This document shows positions 1 through 13,033 of a DNA stretch of 64,000 nucleotides, piece after piece. Position 1 is the first letter of the stretch. Every line of letters begins with the position of its first letter. The notes under the pieces are model-generated. The model did no database searches. It saw nothing but the letters and a program-made list of their open reading frames with translations, and was not told where the DNA came from. Both the position numbers and the translations under genes were made by a program. Origin of the DNA: Camelus dromedarius. Its lineage: Eukaryota. The stretch spans positions 92,628,001-92,692,000 of the forward strand of contig NC_087438.1 in the NCBI RefSeq assembly GCF_036321535.1, given 5' to 3'.

Positions 1-829
1 CTATGGAGAAATTATGTTGTACATGTCATTTTCCCAGAGAGTCAAACGGCAGCGCCTGGACTCTGATGGCAAAAGTGGCTCCATAATGGGGGGCTCTGTG
101 GGGAGGATGAGGGGGCCCCTCCCCTCACCACCCCAAAGCTGCTCCCAGACACTTTGGGTTCACTAGGGTGATGGTGCCTGTCCAGCTGGAGTTTCTTCCC
201 TTCTCAGGGTCTGGCCTGACCTGGCTGTTCTCTGACGACAAGAAGTCTGCAGTAGGGGATGGATTTGCAAATGCTCCCAAGATCTTTCTTTCAGAAGAGA
301 GAATTTTCCTGGGATCGTTCTTTTGTAATGAAATGTTTCAAAGTAACACACACTCCCTGAAGACAAGTTGGAATGTAAAGAAAAGCACCAAAAGGGAACT
401 AAGTCTCCTATGGTCCCAGCACCCAGAGCGAGCATCCAGCTACAGGTACATAAATGGAAATTCTTTTCCGGGGATCAATTTGTACATGCTGTCCCATAAA
501 ATCTTCTTTGCTCTTAACCTACTGTCAACATTTTATGGTGTCCCTGGATGCTCTTCTAGCCAAAACATGATCTGTGACAGTGGGGTAGGATTCCGTCCTT
601 CCCTCTACCATAGAATGCTTAGTTTCTGGTGGCTGTTCTGTAACCTTTTCTCACTATTACAAGTAACGCTGCCCCCTAAGCCTTTTTTGCACTGTTACAA
701 TGGTTTGGGACACACTCCCAGCCACGGAAAAGGTGCAGAGTAAACTCCAAGAAGGCAGGTACCATGCCTATCTTTTTCATGGTGTCCACAGTGTAAAATA
801 CTATGCCTATTTAATAAATGACTAGGACA

Positions 830-960
830 CTGATGAATAAATGTGATGAATCTCAAAATCATTCAGCAGAGCAAAAGAAGCCAGATGCAAGAGAGTACAT
901 AGTATATGATTACACATAGAAGTTTAGAACAGGCAAAACTAATCCATATGAAGGAAAGCA
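830..960 (+). mobile_element. L1M (L1MC/L1ME-class) 3' UTR fragment
   Basis: atgaatctcaaaatcatt...aaagaagccagatgcaagagagtacat...agaacaggcaaaactaatc matches the old L1 3' UTR motif. Confidence 0.75.
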
Positions 961-2802
961 GGCTAGCAATCCCCCAAAACTGCCCTGACAGACCAGAGCC
1001 AGGCGTCCAGAGCTCCAGTCTGCCCCAAGACCCTACACCCTCTACTTCCTAAAGCGTAGGAGGCAGGTTCCAAAAAAAGCAGGTTTCCTACAGTGGTCCC
1101 AGGAAACAATGGTCCTGACAGTGGATGGAAGCTCAGGGACGTCCCCCTCTACTGCGTGCAGGGGCTTAGAGGCAACATACATGGCCCCCCCTCTCCATCC
1201 CCAGTCATCTATCTGCATCATAAACTGCAAGCACAATCTTCTCTGAACTTGTTTTTCAAACTGTGAAGGAGGACTTTGGGTGACTTCCCCCTATGTGCAG
1301 CTAGCCGTTCTCTGACCTTTTAAAGCCTGTTTTATGGTGAGAAAGAAAGACGAACCCACTGTTTAATTCAAAGCTGGCTCTGGGATCTGACCTTAACACA
1401 TGGAAATGTGTTTCGGCCCAATGATCATTTTGCAGAATCTAAATCCGAAAATATTCTTATTTGTAATCTCAAGTTAAAAAACATAAACATTACTATTAGT
1501 GTCTCTTAGAGTTTGTCTTTCAGGCAATAAAAACTTTTTGCAAGAAACCAGCCTTCATTCTTCATGAACAATCTTTAAACTCACGAAGTTTGATAAGCTG
1601 GAAAAGGAAACCAGACGAGGCAATAAAATCCCCATAGGAAAGTTCCTACTGATGTGGGTACAGCTTGAGGGAAATAAGAGCTGACACATTTAAACAGCAA
1701 ACTTCTCTTTACACCATCCCATCATGTTCAGTAAAAATAGAAAGAAGCTCAAAGAGGAGGCTACATTTTCAAAATTCGCTTTAATTTCAGGCAGTTAAGA
1801 GCAGCAATGCATTTCCCCTTCGAAAATAATAAATAAAGCTCCGGAGTAACTGCAAAGCCTCGCCATCCCCTCTGAGATGGCACATCCCGCTCTGTGCCAC
1901 GCTTCCCAGTTACCACTGCGAGTGATACCCCCTCATACGGGGAGTTTAATTGCCATCTTTCCGTGTGTAGCATTTTTTGTTTCCTAAAGCAAAATTTGGG
2001 GAATTAAATCTTTGAGAATAAAACGGTTCAATCACAATAACACAACTGTGTATTAACTTTTCTCTCTCCTAGGAGTTTATAAACCTCAAAATTCTGCTCT
2101 GAGCCAGAAGCCAATTTTAGAAGTGGGTTAAATGACCCAGAGTCAGAAGAACATCCGATTAACTTTTTTCTGGGCCCTTCCAACTGAGACCAAGTCTGAA
2201 ACATGACTCCCGACCTCTTCTTGCTCCAATAAATTTTCCAAGGAGGGGTTCACATTCCAACTGCACGACGCTGGCTTCTTTCCAGAGCTTTCTAATAACT
2301 AGATGAAAAGCCCTGTCTAGATGAACACTATACCAGAAACGGGAAGGAGCCCCTTACTTCTGACCCTTTATCTGTCATCTTGAGATGTTACAAGGACAGT
2401 CGGACTTTATATTTATTTACTACTCTAATTGAGAAGCATCCTCTCTTCTGTCATCTGCTGTTCCTTCTGTAACGAGCAGCAGGAGCTCTAGTTCCTGCCT
2501 GCGCGCCCAGTTCTTCCCCAGCAGCTGTCTGTCCCCACGAGACCCACTTCACAGTCTCCTGCCTGGGAAGACTCAGAGCCCCACGGCCTCACGCCCATAC
2601 ACCTTGGCCAAAGCGCACACGTCTCTCTTGCAGGGTTTCCTGCTCTTGCTCCTAAATGTCTTCTTTCACCAATACCCCCCCCCAAAAAACCCCCAAAATT
2701 TCCCTGCCATTCTGACTCTTGGAATGTGTACTCAGAGAGCCAAGAGGAGGTCCAAAGGGCTGTGAAATGCTTTCTTGATCAGCCACATGTCCCTCTCTAA
2801 GA

Positions 2803-3555
2803 CAGTGGTTCTCAGTCAGAACTGCCTCCTAGTGGTCTTTCTGGAAATCCCTGGAGCATTCTGGATGGTCTCAATGACTGGGGTTGTGGTGGGCAGGGGA
2901 GGGCTGCTGTTAGCATTGAATGGAAAAGGACCAGGGATGCCAGACACCCTGCATGGCACAGGATCCATCCTTCACAACAGTGAATTGTCACATGTCCCCA
3001 TTTTGGGGGAATGTCTCATTGGCTATTCATGTAGGTGAAAAGATAATGATTGGAGCCTAGAACCTAACTCTGGTTATTCATAAACACGAAGTCTCTTGTG
3101 CATGGTTTTTATATATTTGGAATTTTCCTGGGATACAAGTGCTATGAGAACCAAGGGAAGAGTACCCATTATTTTGTTCAGAACTTTATCAAAAACTGTT
3201 CACCATGACCTCATCACCAAGGGCTATGCATTGTTTGTGGAATGTGCTGCCAGCTCCGTACACCTGAGTCAGCTGCATTCGTGAGGATGCTTCCATGCCA
3301 ACGTCTGGCTACCTCGCTATGAATTCTACTGTGGTCTTGCATGAGCACACGACATCCTGGAATACGCAGTATTTTTCTACACACTACTTTCTTTGTATTT
3401 CTCATTTCTATTTCAATCAGGGCATCTCCCTTTGAAATCATATGTGTAAGCAGATTATATTATCTATAATTTTCATTTCAGGGTAATAAAGGGGGCATCA
3501 CAAATGACTTGTTGTAAAGAGCGGGCACCAGATCTGACAGTGTTGAGAACCAGGG
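2803..3555 (+). mobile_element. MER20B-like hAT-Charlie non-autonomous DNA transposon, essentially full length
   Basis: TIRs CAGTGGTTCTC (2803) and GAGAACCAGGG (3545-3555); degenerate 8-bp TSD CTCTAAGA/CTTGAAGA (6/8); internal motifs gagcctagaacctaactc, ttgttcagaactttatc and taaagggggcatcaca match the recalled MER20B consensus. Confidence 0.85.
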
Positions 3556-6500
3556 CTTGAAGATGTGGCCGTGGACTTCAGCCGCCCAGCCTGAAAAGGG
3601 GAAGCCTTCGTCTGCTCACTTGCTTGTGTGTTCCGCAGTTCTCTCCCCCAGCACACGTTGCCTTCTAGGTGGCCATGAGGGGTCTATACACTCAGGGTTT
3701 GTCTGCTGGGCCCAGGTGCTGAGGCCTCTGGGCCTGCTTCTGCTTGTGTGTAAAGGAAGGACCCTCTCCCACCCAAACTGGAAAATGCTGCCTCTCCGGC
3801 CCGGGAAATAAGGATTGGAGAGGGTGGTGCCGGCTCCCCGCTCTGGGACCTTCCTCACAGCCCACCCACCTGTACACTGCCCAGCCTCCTCTTCTCTTCT
3901 CCTCTGCAGCTGTTTCTTCACTTTACTTACATTTTATTTTAAAATTCTATCTCATTATTTATTTTAACTTCACTTAATTTCTATGCTTTTAACCGATCTC
4001 TCTTTTTAATACTTAATTTACAAATTCATCCTGTCTTTTTATTCTTTGCTTTTCTATTTTATCTCAAGTTTAATATCTGGGATTTAAATTCCAGTCTTCT
4101 AATTCCCTTTCTCCTGTCTCATGTAGCTGTCGGCTTTTAAACCTCTTGCTTTCAACCTCATCTAGTTCATTGATTCTCCTCTCTTCTGACTCATTCTCCT
4201 GTGGGGCACATAAGGCAGTGGGGGCATCCACTGCAGCTGCCCTCAACCCTTGCTTTTCCCCAGAAATCCTGGGAATTCCTCCCCTAGACGATTTCCCTTT
4301 CCCGTTTTTTCCTGCTCCTAACCAGACCTTGCCCTGAGCTCAGTTCCCCTGGGAAGTCTTCTTGACCACTGCAGCCTACAGGACACGGGCAGCCCTGAAT
4401 TCCTATGGCCAGGAGCAATGAAAATCTTTATTACCCTCCTTTTGATTTTGTCTCCTTTGCTCTTTCTTTTAAAAACAACAGCATTTAGCGTCCACTTAGG
4501 AGGCCAAGCAAGGATGTTCGTGAACCTCCAGTGTACTTGGCGCAAGAGCCAGGATGGCATTGGGCTGCGAGGTGAGGGCATCCCAGAGCTGGGAGGCCAA
4601 AGCCACAGGAGGCAGCTCTCAGTCACTAGCTCGGTCCCACTGCAATTTCCCACACCAAGGGCTGCCTAAAACGAGCACTGTCCAGACCCCATTGCACACC
4701 TCGTCTTTCCATCAGCATTAACAGTTGTGTGCCAGCCTCTCTGCACTGAGACCATCTCACACTGAGCTAACAATAGTTTTCTATGGCTGGGTTAATTCAC
4801 AGACAGTGGGACAGAGGGCATTAAATTAACACTTGCCACTTTGCAGCAACTCACTGGCCTTCCCGCTGACTGGAGCCCACCTCTGGCCTTAAATGTGCTG
4901 TCAGGAGCAGACCTTTAAATAACCCCTTCCTACTGAGCACACTGGCTGAGGCAGCACGTGCCAAATTCCAGCATCAGCAGGCAGAGTGGTGGCTCAGAAA
5001 CACGGGATCAGGCGTGTCTGAGGGGTGGGTGTTCCATCATCGCCCAGCCGGGAAAGTTCAGAGCCCATCCTGAGCTAGGCTTGCCTCTGAGACAGTGCGT
5101 CCCCAGACTGCTCTTAAGCTCTAAGGCTAGGTTCTGTTGTGGGTGTAGGTGGGCAGTGGGCACCAGTGAAGCCTGCCATCAGCAGGCCTGTGATGCCCGA
5201 AGGGACACATCATGCTTCCAGGGGATGAGGAGACTGTCGCTCCGGGAGGCAGTGGGGCTGTGAAAGGAAGAACACCCTGTGCCAGGGGCCTCCAGCTCCC
5301 GCTGGGTCCTGATTTAAGGCCCCAGAACCAAGACTCCTTGGCCCTCCTGGACAAGCCATCCCTCCCGAAGCATTAGCAAACAGCGCCTGGGAAATTGTGC
5401 GTTATGAGGCAGCTGCCGAAATGAATCCTGAAGGAGATGGTACATTTTTTTTTTCAGCCACTTAATTGAATCTGTGGCAGTAAATCTTTTAGTCTTCTCT
5501 TAGCATTTAGAATTTCAATTTACTCCATGGATTTTTGTGCTCAACCCCCAGTGAAAATGAGCATTTGTGCCGAAAAGCTTTTAATCAACTGTTCTCAAAA
5601 TGTCAGTCCTCCTTATCTCCAAAGCCCACTGAAATCTTTGTGCTTTTGGTTTCAAAAATATATTCTGTGTATCCTGTTTCTCCCTTTCAGTTTCTAGCAT
5701 CCTTTATCGTGGTTAAATCAGAGTCATTTTTGATGTTCATCCCTCTCTTAATCTTCTCAGATTTCTTTTTAAGGTGAGCTTTCCACTTCAATCCAGCTTC
5801 ACCGACCTATTAAGATTCTCCATGGCTGCTGCCTCGTAGATGAAGACACGCTTCTGTGGAAAGCCCTCACAAAGCCCTCTGTTTTAGCGCACAGAAGGTT
5901 AATTGCCCGGTCTTTAATTAAATCAGTCATTTTGCTTTAACGTTGTTTGTGGAACTCCGTAATAAATGAAGCCATAAACCTGTCCTCATTTTATGACGAG
6001 TTTGAGTTTTGACTGGTCTTGCTCACTCTTTTTCCAAAGGCTGGTCATGGCAAAAGCTAATTTCTAAAAACTCCTTAATGGAAAAAAAATAGAACTTTGG
6101 GGATTTTAATGGCAAGTGTTTTATTTAACCACGGTTTAGGAAGAGGCACTTTTTAATACTTTTCTGGTAAAACAAAAAAGGCTAAACCACTGGCTTGGCC
6201 GAAGCCCCCAGACAGGGCCTCCCTCCCCAGGGCGGGATGCGCACCAGGGTCCAGCTCACCTCCGGACGCTGCTGTCATCTGAGTAGCCACCAGGGGACAG
6301 CATGCCCCCCCCACCCCCCGGCTGATCTGCTAATCAGCACTCCTGCTGCCCTGACCCCCTGCACAGGGCAGCGATGTTCCATCGATTTCTCTCTGGCCCT
6401 CTGATTTCCGATGAGCCTAATCAGCTGTGCAGCTAAGTCCTCGCTCCTTGATTTGTCAGGAGAATGAGTTATCTGAGCAGACACTCTGTGATTTGTAGGT

Positions 6501-6814
6501 TGGAGGACTCAGCTGTACTGCTGTGACCTTTTCAATATTCTGTTATTAGGTGGGCTGGCCATTTCAACTTTCTCCTGAACAAAGTGTCTTCCATGTGTGA
6601 AGTGGGAGAATGGCCAGTTAATCAGAACACCCAATGCTGAAAAGGTCGGACCAGGGCCATGGGTATTAACATTCTCCATCTGCATTAGCATCCTGCAGCC
6701 TGCAAAGCTCACATCCCGCAGTCTCTGGTGGGACCAGACAAAGGGATGAGGTTCAGCCCGCAGATCCTCTCCTATCTCTAGCAGACAGGTCTATAAGGTT
6801 CCCTCTGTCTGAGT

Positions 6815-7245
6815 CTCTGGCTCCTTCCCTGACCTCATCTCTCACCATTCCTTCACTTCATTTTTGAGGCTCCAGCCACAGTGGCCACTCCATGCCTTGA
6901 GCAGGCCAAGCTCCTTCCAGTCTCGGCCTTGCATGGGCTGACCCCAGCCTGGATCTCTCCGTCCCCAGGTTTTTGCACAGCAGCCTCCTGCTGAATATTC
7001 AGCTCTCAACTCAGATGTCACCTCACAGAGGCCTTCTCGATGGAGCCCCTAGTCATGACACTCATTGAAACATCACCATATTTACTTCCCTTTAGAATCA
7101 TTTACGACACATGACAATCCGTGGGGTTATTCTGTGTCTCACTCTACTTGAATGTGAGCAACTCAAAGGCAAAGATGCCACCTGTCATGGTCACCCCCGT
7201 ATCCCCAGCGCCTGGCATAGTCACAAGGATACAACAGATCCTCAA
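6815..7245 (+). mobile_element. L2 LINE 3' end
   Basis: cctgacctcatctc...ctccagccacagtggcc...tcagatgtcacctc...gtatccccagcgcctggcatag...ctcaa follows the L2a/b 3' consensus; the tail resumes (gaatgaa) after the MLT1 insertion. Confidence 0.85.
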
Positions 7246-7412
7246 NNNNNNNNNNNNNNNNNNNNNNNNNNNNNNNNNNNNNNNNNNNNNNNNNNNNNNN
7301 NNNNNNNNNNNNNNNNNNNNNNNNNNNNNNNNNNNNNNNNNNNNNNNNNNNNNNNNNNNNNNNNNNNNNNNNNNNNNNNNNNNNNNNNNNNNNNNNNNNN
7401 NNNNNNNNNNNN
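7246..7412. other. Assembly gap (167 N)
   Basis: Run of N; its size matches the missing 5' part of the MLT1A LTR. Confidence 0.95.
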
Positions 7413-7617
7413 ACAGGACAGCTGGTGTCTCTCTTTGCCCTCCGCCATGTGGGGATACGAGAAGGCAGCCATCTGTAAACCAGCAAGTGGGCCTTGCCAG
7501 ACGCCAGGTCTGCAACGCCTTGATCTTGGACTTCACAGACTCTAGAACGGTGAGAAATAAATGCTGTTTAAGCCACTTAACCCAGGCACATTTGTTACAG
7601 CAGCCTGAATGAAGACA
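7413..7617 (+). mobile_element. MLT1A-class MaLR LTR, 3' half (5' half hidden in the gap)
   Basis: gccatgtggggatac...ccttgatcttggacttc...tgagaaataaatgctgtttaagccac...ttgttacagcagcc...aagaca. Confidence 0.85.
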
Positions 7618-9149
7618 GAATGAAGGTAACAGTACAGTGTTCTCAAACATAATCCCATAATTCAGACCCCACACTGAGCCCTGAAAGCTTTCTTCAACCT
7701 GCCTCCCTGAGCCCCCTTCTCACCCCTTCTTGGGAAGTTCCACAGCACATGTTCCCAGGACGTGGGGGCCAGGTGGGGCCCAGCACCCAGGATTTTAATT
7801 TACTGCAGTTATCCATTCAATATAACAGCAAGTGACTAAAAGAGATTTTTATACAAGCACAAGGCAACAATGTCACTTGTAGCAATGAAGCCATTTTCAA
7901 GACTGAAGGTTTGAACTTAGGCCTTCTTAAAGGACCCGCCCTAGCTTGAGAGGGCAAAGAAAGAAAAACCCCACAAGCACCCTTTGCTTAATTGGAGGGG
8001 GTGCTTTACTGCTGACCAATGATACATCTGAACTTGGATTTGTATTGAAATGTTGAAACTCAACAGCATCCACTCTCGTGAGATGAGAGGGAACCACTCT
8101 TGTGATTCAGTGACCTCCCTGTGAAGGCCTGTCCTGTTAGCATCTTTGGGGCAGATGGAGGTGGAGGAGAGCTGTCCTTTCCTGGAAGTGCTCAGCTCAG
8201 GGTTGAAGAGGGTGAGCAGACCCCACTGAACACCTGCTTAAGGCGGCATGGGGTGGGTGGGTACTGAGAAGTGCAGATCACTCACCCTACAGAGTGAAGA
8301 CTCCAGCCAGCAATGCCGACACCAAAGGCCTGAGATACGTGTCCACATCCACACAAAGTGGAGGGGCACTGTTTTTAGCACTGTCTATAAATGGATGGGG
8401 TTGGAAGTGTTGTCTCTGAAATGATATGGAAGATTCTGGCCCAGAATCTCTCCCTTCAGCCCTAAGGTAAACAAAGAAACAGCCATAAGGCATAATTTAT
8501 TCTTAGAGGGTTTTCAGGAATCCAACCAAAGCCTCCTAGAAAGGCCTGTGCTGCTTTATTTCCATTCCAGGCAGCCGCCGGGTGTTCAGGATCACGGTGT
8601 GAGGAGGCCTCACCGGCGGCACGGGCATTTTTCTGTGAGCACGTCTGCACCAGGTTCCCGGCTGCAGTGAGTGGGACCACTGAACAGCCGCAGCTTAGCC
8701 TGCTCACTCCCCTCGGCTCTCCCTCATCTGGAGGATGAAAGGTGTTCAGAAGTGCAAGGAAGCAGGTTTCCTTGCCACTGTGGGGTTTTCTGCAGTAAGG
8801 CCACACCAGGAGTTGGGCATCAAAGATCAGGGGAGTAGAAAAGGAAATTAAAGCTAATGGTTTTAAAGGGCCTGCCGGCTATGATCCTTGGGAAAGAACA
8901 AATCAAACGCAATTCCACAGGTGACAAGGGATGTACCTGAATAGAAACCTAACACAATTTCTCACTGCATTTGGCGGCTTGCTCAGAACTTTGTTCTCCA
9001 TGCTCTGCTGTTGATAAACCCAGGTCCAACAAGCAGGATCAAGATTCCAGAGCCTGAGACCTTGAAGGAGCCAGGAGAACATGGTCTTATCCAACCCCTC
9101 CATTGTGCCGATGGAAAACACAGTAATCCTTTCAATGAACCTTGTCTGG

Positions 9150-9750
9150 GGAGAGTCTGGCCTTCACCCTCTGGCTCCTGGGGGGTGATCTCTGAGCCCC
9201 AGAATGTCTGGCCTGATAAGGGTCTTTACTGACCTGCAAGCTTTGGGCCCCATCAGATTGTCTACAGTAATAATGCAGTTTATGATGGGGTGGGGTCGGG
9301 GGTGGTGGGCACAGGCTACCTGGTATCAGCTCCACCTCTGAAAGGGCTGGAGATCAGTTGGCCATGTGAGCAGTCGGCCACGTCTGTGTGACTGAGCCCC
9401 AGTAAAGTGTGGGGATCCCAAGGCTCAGGTGAGAGTCCTTTGTTGGCAGTACTCCACATGTTGTCCCACATCACTGCTGGGAGAAGCAAGTGTGCACAAC
9501 TCCTGGGGGAGGATGACTGGCAGCTCTGCTCTTGGAGCCTCCTGGACCCTGCCCTACGTGGCTCTTCTTTCTGCTGATTATCATCTGTATCCTTTTACCG
9601 TAATAAACCATAACCATGAGTAAACTGGCTTTTCTGAGTTCTGTGAGTCCTTGTAGCAAATTACCAAACATGAGGGTGGTCTCAGGGACTCCTAAACTTG
9701 CACTTGGTATCTGCAAATAGGGGGATCTTGTGGCCTACCCAACTCTGTAG
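9150..9750 (+). mobile_element. MER21C-like LTR
   Basis: ggctcctggggggtgatctctgagccc...gactgagccccagtaaa...aaggctcaggtgag...gtaataaaccataaccatgagta...gagttctgtgagtccttgtagcaaatta...gagggtggtctcaggga matches the recalled MER21C consensus. Confidence 0.85.
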
Positions 9751-12700
9751 AGACTGAGGTTCAGAGAGCAGAAGGGAGACCCAGAGAGAACTCAGTCGTC
9801 CTGGTGCCCAGCCTAGCGCCCCAGCACCACAGGTGCATGGCATGCTGATGCTCTGAGCTGGGAAACAGATGTGTACCAGGACAGAACTACAGGCGGGGGC
9901 CCTACAGGAGGGCCCCAAGGGCACCTCCACTCTTGGCCTTGCTATCAGATACACCTGGATCCTTCAAGCCCAAGTCTACCAAGTCCTTCCCTTGTGCCCC
10001 AACTGTGGACACATTGTTGGTCTGCCATCTGGCCCATTCTAATCATTTTATTTCACTGAGTGAAGATCAGTTGGCAGGCCAGGATTTTTCTTGATGCCAA
10101 CTGGCTTTTCTTGCAAAAGGGGATTTTCTGGCCGACAGCACGTCAGTGGGAAAAGCCATCCTTGAGGCAAACATAGGTGACCATTCCACTAGATGGAGAA
10201 GTCATCCCAGTAGATGGAGAAGTGGCAGACGCCAGATTGCAGGGTGACCTGGGCTCCATACGGGGTTCTTGGCAGGCATGTGCTGAAAGCCACCAGCCTC
10301 CAAACCACCCAAGTCTGCCCTTTCCTTGATGATGTTAATCTCTTTATACCTTTCAAAGCTCAGTGCCCATCTGGCATTTGAGAATTGGCTGAAGAGAATC
10401 ATGTCTCTTAAAACAAGAAGCCAATTATGCAAGTTCTTGCACTTGGGAACTGGCATCTCACTAAAGCACAGCAGGAGCTGCCCCTCCTTCAGCCGCCTCC
10501 CTGGGGCGCAGTGCTCCTGCGGCTCCTCAGCAGGGCTGGGCTGGGCCCCCCACTGAGACAGGTAACGTCACTCACACAAGACTCACGGAACGTCACGGTG
10601 GGAAGGCGACGGAGAAAATAATCAGGCCAGCCCCTCACTGTACAGAAGGAGAAAGTGAGGCCACCTGCCAGGGGCAGGCTGGGGGCCAGGTTGGTTCAAA
10701 GTCATGACCCCAGGAGGTTGCAAAGCCAGGCCAGCGCAGCACCCCAGCCCAGCGCAGGCCTCATCCCCATCACTCTGGCGCCTGCTTCCTCATTCGCCAC
10801 AAAATCTCAGCTTAGGCAGGCCCTATTCTGGCAGGCAGGTGTCTCCTACATGGTGAGAGTTTGGATGCACCAACTGGCACACTGGGCCTGAAATGGCATC
10901 ATTAAGTAGCACTCATGTCACGCGATTTTCTGGGTGGACTCCTAGTCACCCAGTTACCCAAACTCTGTGAACTCAGACTCCACTCCCCTCCCTACTTCTG
11001 AAGCCCCAGAGTCTCAGAGCTGAGGACAGAACCCTCGGTGGCAAGGACACAAGACAGCTGAGTTTTGACAGAGGTGGAAGAGCAGCACTTCTCCGCCCAG
11101 GTGACAGTGAGGGTCTGGTGGGCAGTGCCCTTTGTTAAGGCTGGTCCTGGCTCTCTACCTCTGACCTGAGACCATCCTGCTGGGCTCCAATCCCACCTCC
11201 TCCAGGAAGTTCCCCAGTCCCCCAGCATTCACTGTTCCATCTCCTTTGAACTCTCACCGTGTGTGTTCAGAGACCCACATTCTTTTCTGGCAAGCACCCT
11301 CCTGAATCATACCCTAATGATTTTCAGTCTGCCCTGATGAGACTCCGAGGTCTCCAGGGCAGAGGAGAGAACTGGGTGCCTTCAGGAGTTCTCAGCTTGT
11401 GGCCAAGGGGATGACAAGGTAACGTGGAGAGTGCAGCCATGGTTGGCAGGCTGGGCAGTGGGCAGCCAGATGGCGGCTAAGACCGACTGCCCCAGCCCCA
11501 CCACTTTGCCAGAGCTGCTTCCACCACTTGGCACCTGACCCTGGGCCAGTCCCACTGGAGAGGCTTACCCTGGATCATTTAAGGATCCCTGGAGCAGCTG
11601 GAATTTCTAAAAACATCAGCCATGGGCCCTGCAGGAAGCCCGGTGGAGGATACATAAAGGAAGAAGGGGCCTGTCCTACCCTGAAAAGAGACACCACGGT
11701 CTGTGTCCAGGGCAGGCCAGGGTGGTCAGGGACCTGAGGATGGGTGGAGGAGAGAGCCACGCAGGCTGGGGAAGGCTGGTCTTGGGGAGCATCATGGTTT
11801 GGATCCACAATCTCACCCGCTTGAGATGGGGGTGGGGTGTGAGAGAAGCAGCAGTGCTGAGGAGGCAGGAGAGACTGGAGGTGGGCATGTGCTGAGGCAG
11901 GGAGGGAGGACTCATGTCACCTGGAGGGGCCATCCGGCCTGGAGCCCAGGTATCTACTCCAGTAGACGCTGCTGGACCTCAGTGCTATTTAAGTCCTAAT
12001 CAGTTTATTTAAATGATGCTCCCATAACAAACAATGCCCACTGATCAGTGTGACCATTTTTTCAGCCCTCCCTCCCAGGGCAGAGAGTCCTCCATCTCTT
12101 CCACCAGCCTCCACTGGTGCAGCCCCAGAAGGGGAGGCCGTACGTCCTGCTGCTTACACAGCCCCCGCTGTTGGAAGGCTCACCATTTAATGGTGCAGAC
12201 TGCTTCCAGAGGGGAGGAGATGAGATTCAGGATACTGACAAGCAGAGTCTGAAATCTGCCTCCCTGCCACCCACCCACAGGCCCAACATCCATCTGCTGG
12301 AGCGCCCCTTAATCCCACATCAAACTGCCAGGTGAAGGCCCTTCACACTTGAAGAGAGTTTTCTTGTTTCTCTTCCTAGGGAGACAACGCTTTACGCTGA
12401 GATTTGGGGGACCACTGGGGAAAACCTACAGTGCTGTTTTTACTGTCCCATGGATTGAAATTTCTAGACTGTGTGCTATCCTAGTCTTCCCACCCTGGAG
12501 GCCACCTTCTTGTCACAATCCCCCTAAACACACGAGGCCAGGAAGAGAACACGGGACTCAGTGGGGTGTCCCCTCCCTCCCTCGTGGTCCCTATGAGGAC
12601 TGGGTCATTGCCAGGCCTCTAGGTCGCTGTCCACCAGGCCTTCTAACAACCTCCCCTGGAGCCAGTCGGAACCCCACCTTCAGGCTTCACGGAGGGGCCT

Positions 12701-13033
12701 TTAAGGTGGGAAAAAGCCAAGGAGGGCAGTTACAGAGACTCCGCTTTGCTTTGGACCAGTTTCAGGTGACACTCACAGTGGGAAAAATAAGGCGGAATGA
12801 AAGTCAGGTGGTGTAGCTTTAACATCACGTACCCAGAATGGATGGGGGCACATTCTGAACATCACTCTCTCTAGACCTCTGGAGGGTTCCAGGAATCTGC
12901 ATTTCAAATGTGGCATTTTATGGTGGAAACTGAGCTCCCAGGGGAGAAGCAGACATTTGTGACACTGACAAGGAGGACACTGTCTCTAATTGTGCCCGGA
13001 GGGAGGGCAGCTCCTTGTTTCAGGCTCTCCTAC

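Noticed and set aside
168-743. 191-aa plus-strand ORF
   Set aside because: No recognisable domain or homology, no promoter or splice context, and antisense within an intron; ORFs of this length occur by chance in 64 kb.
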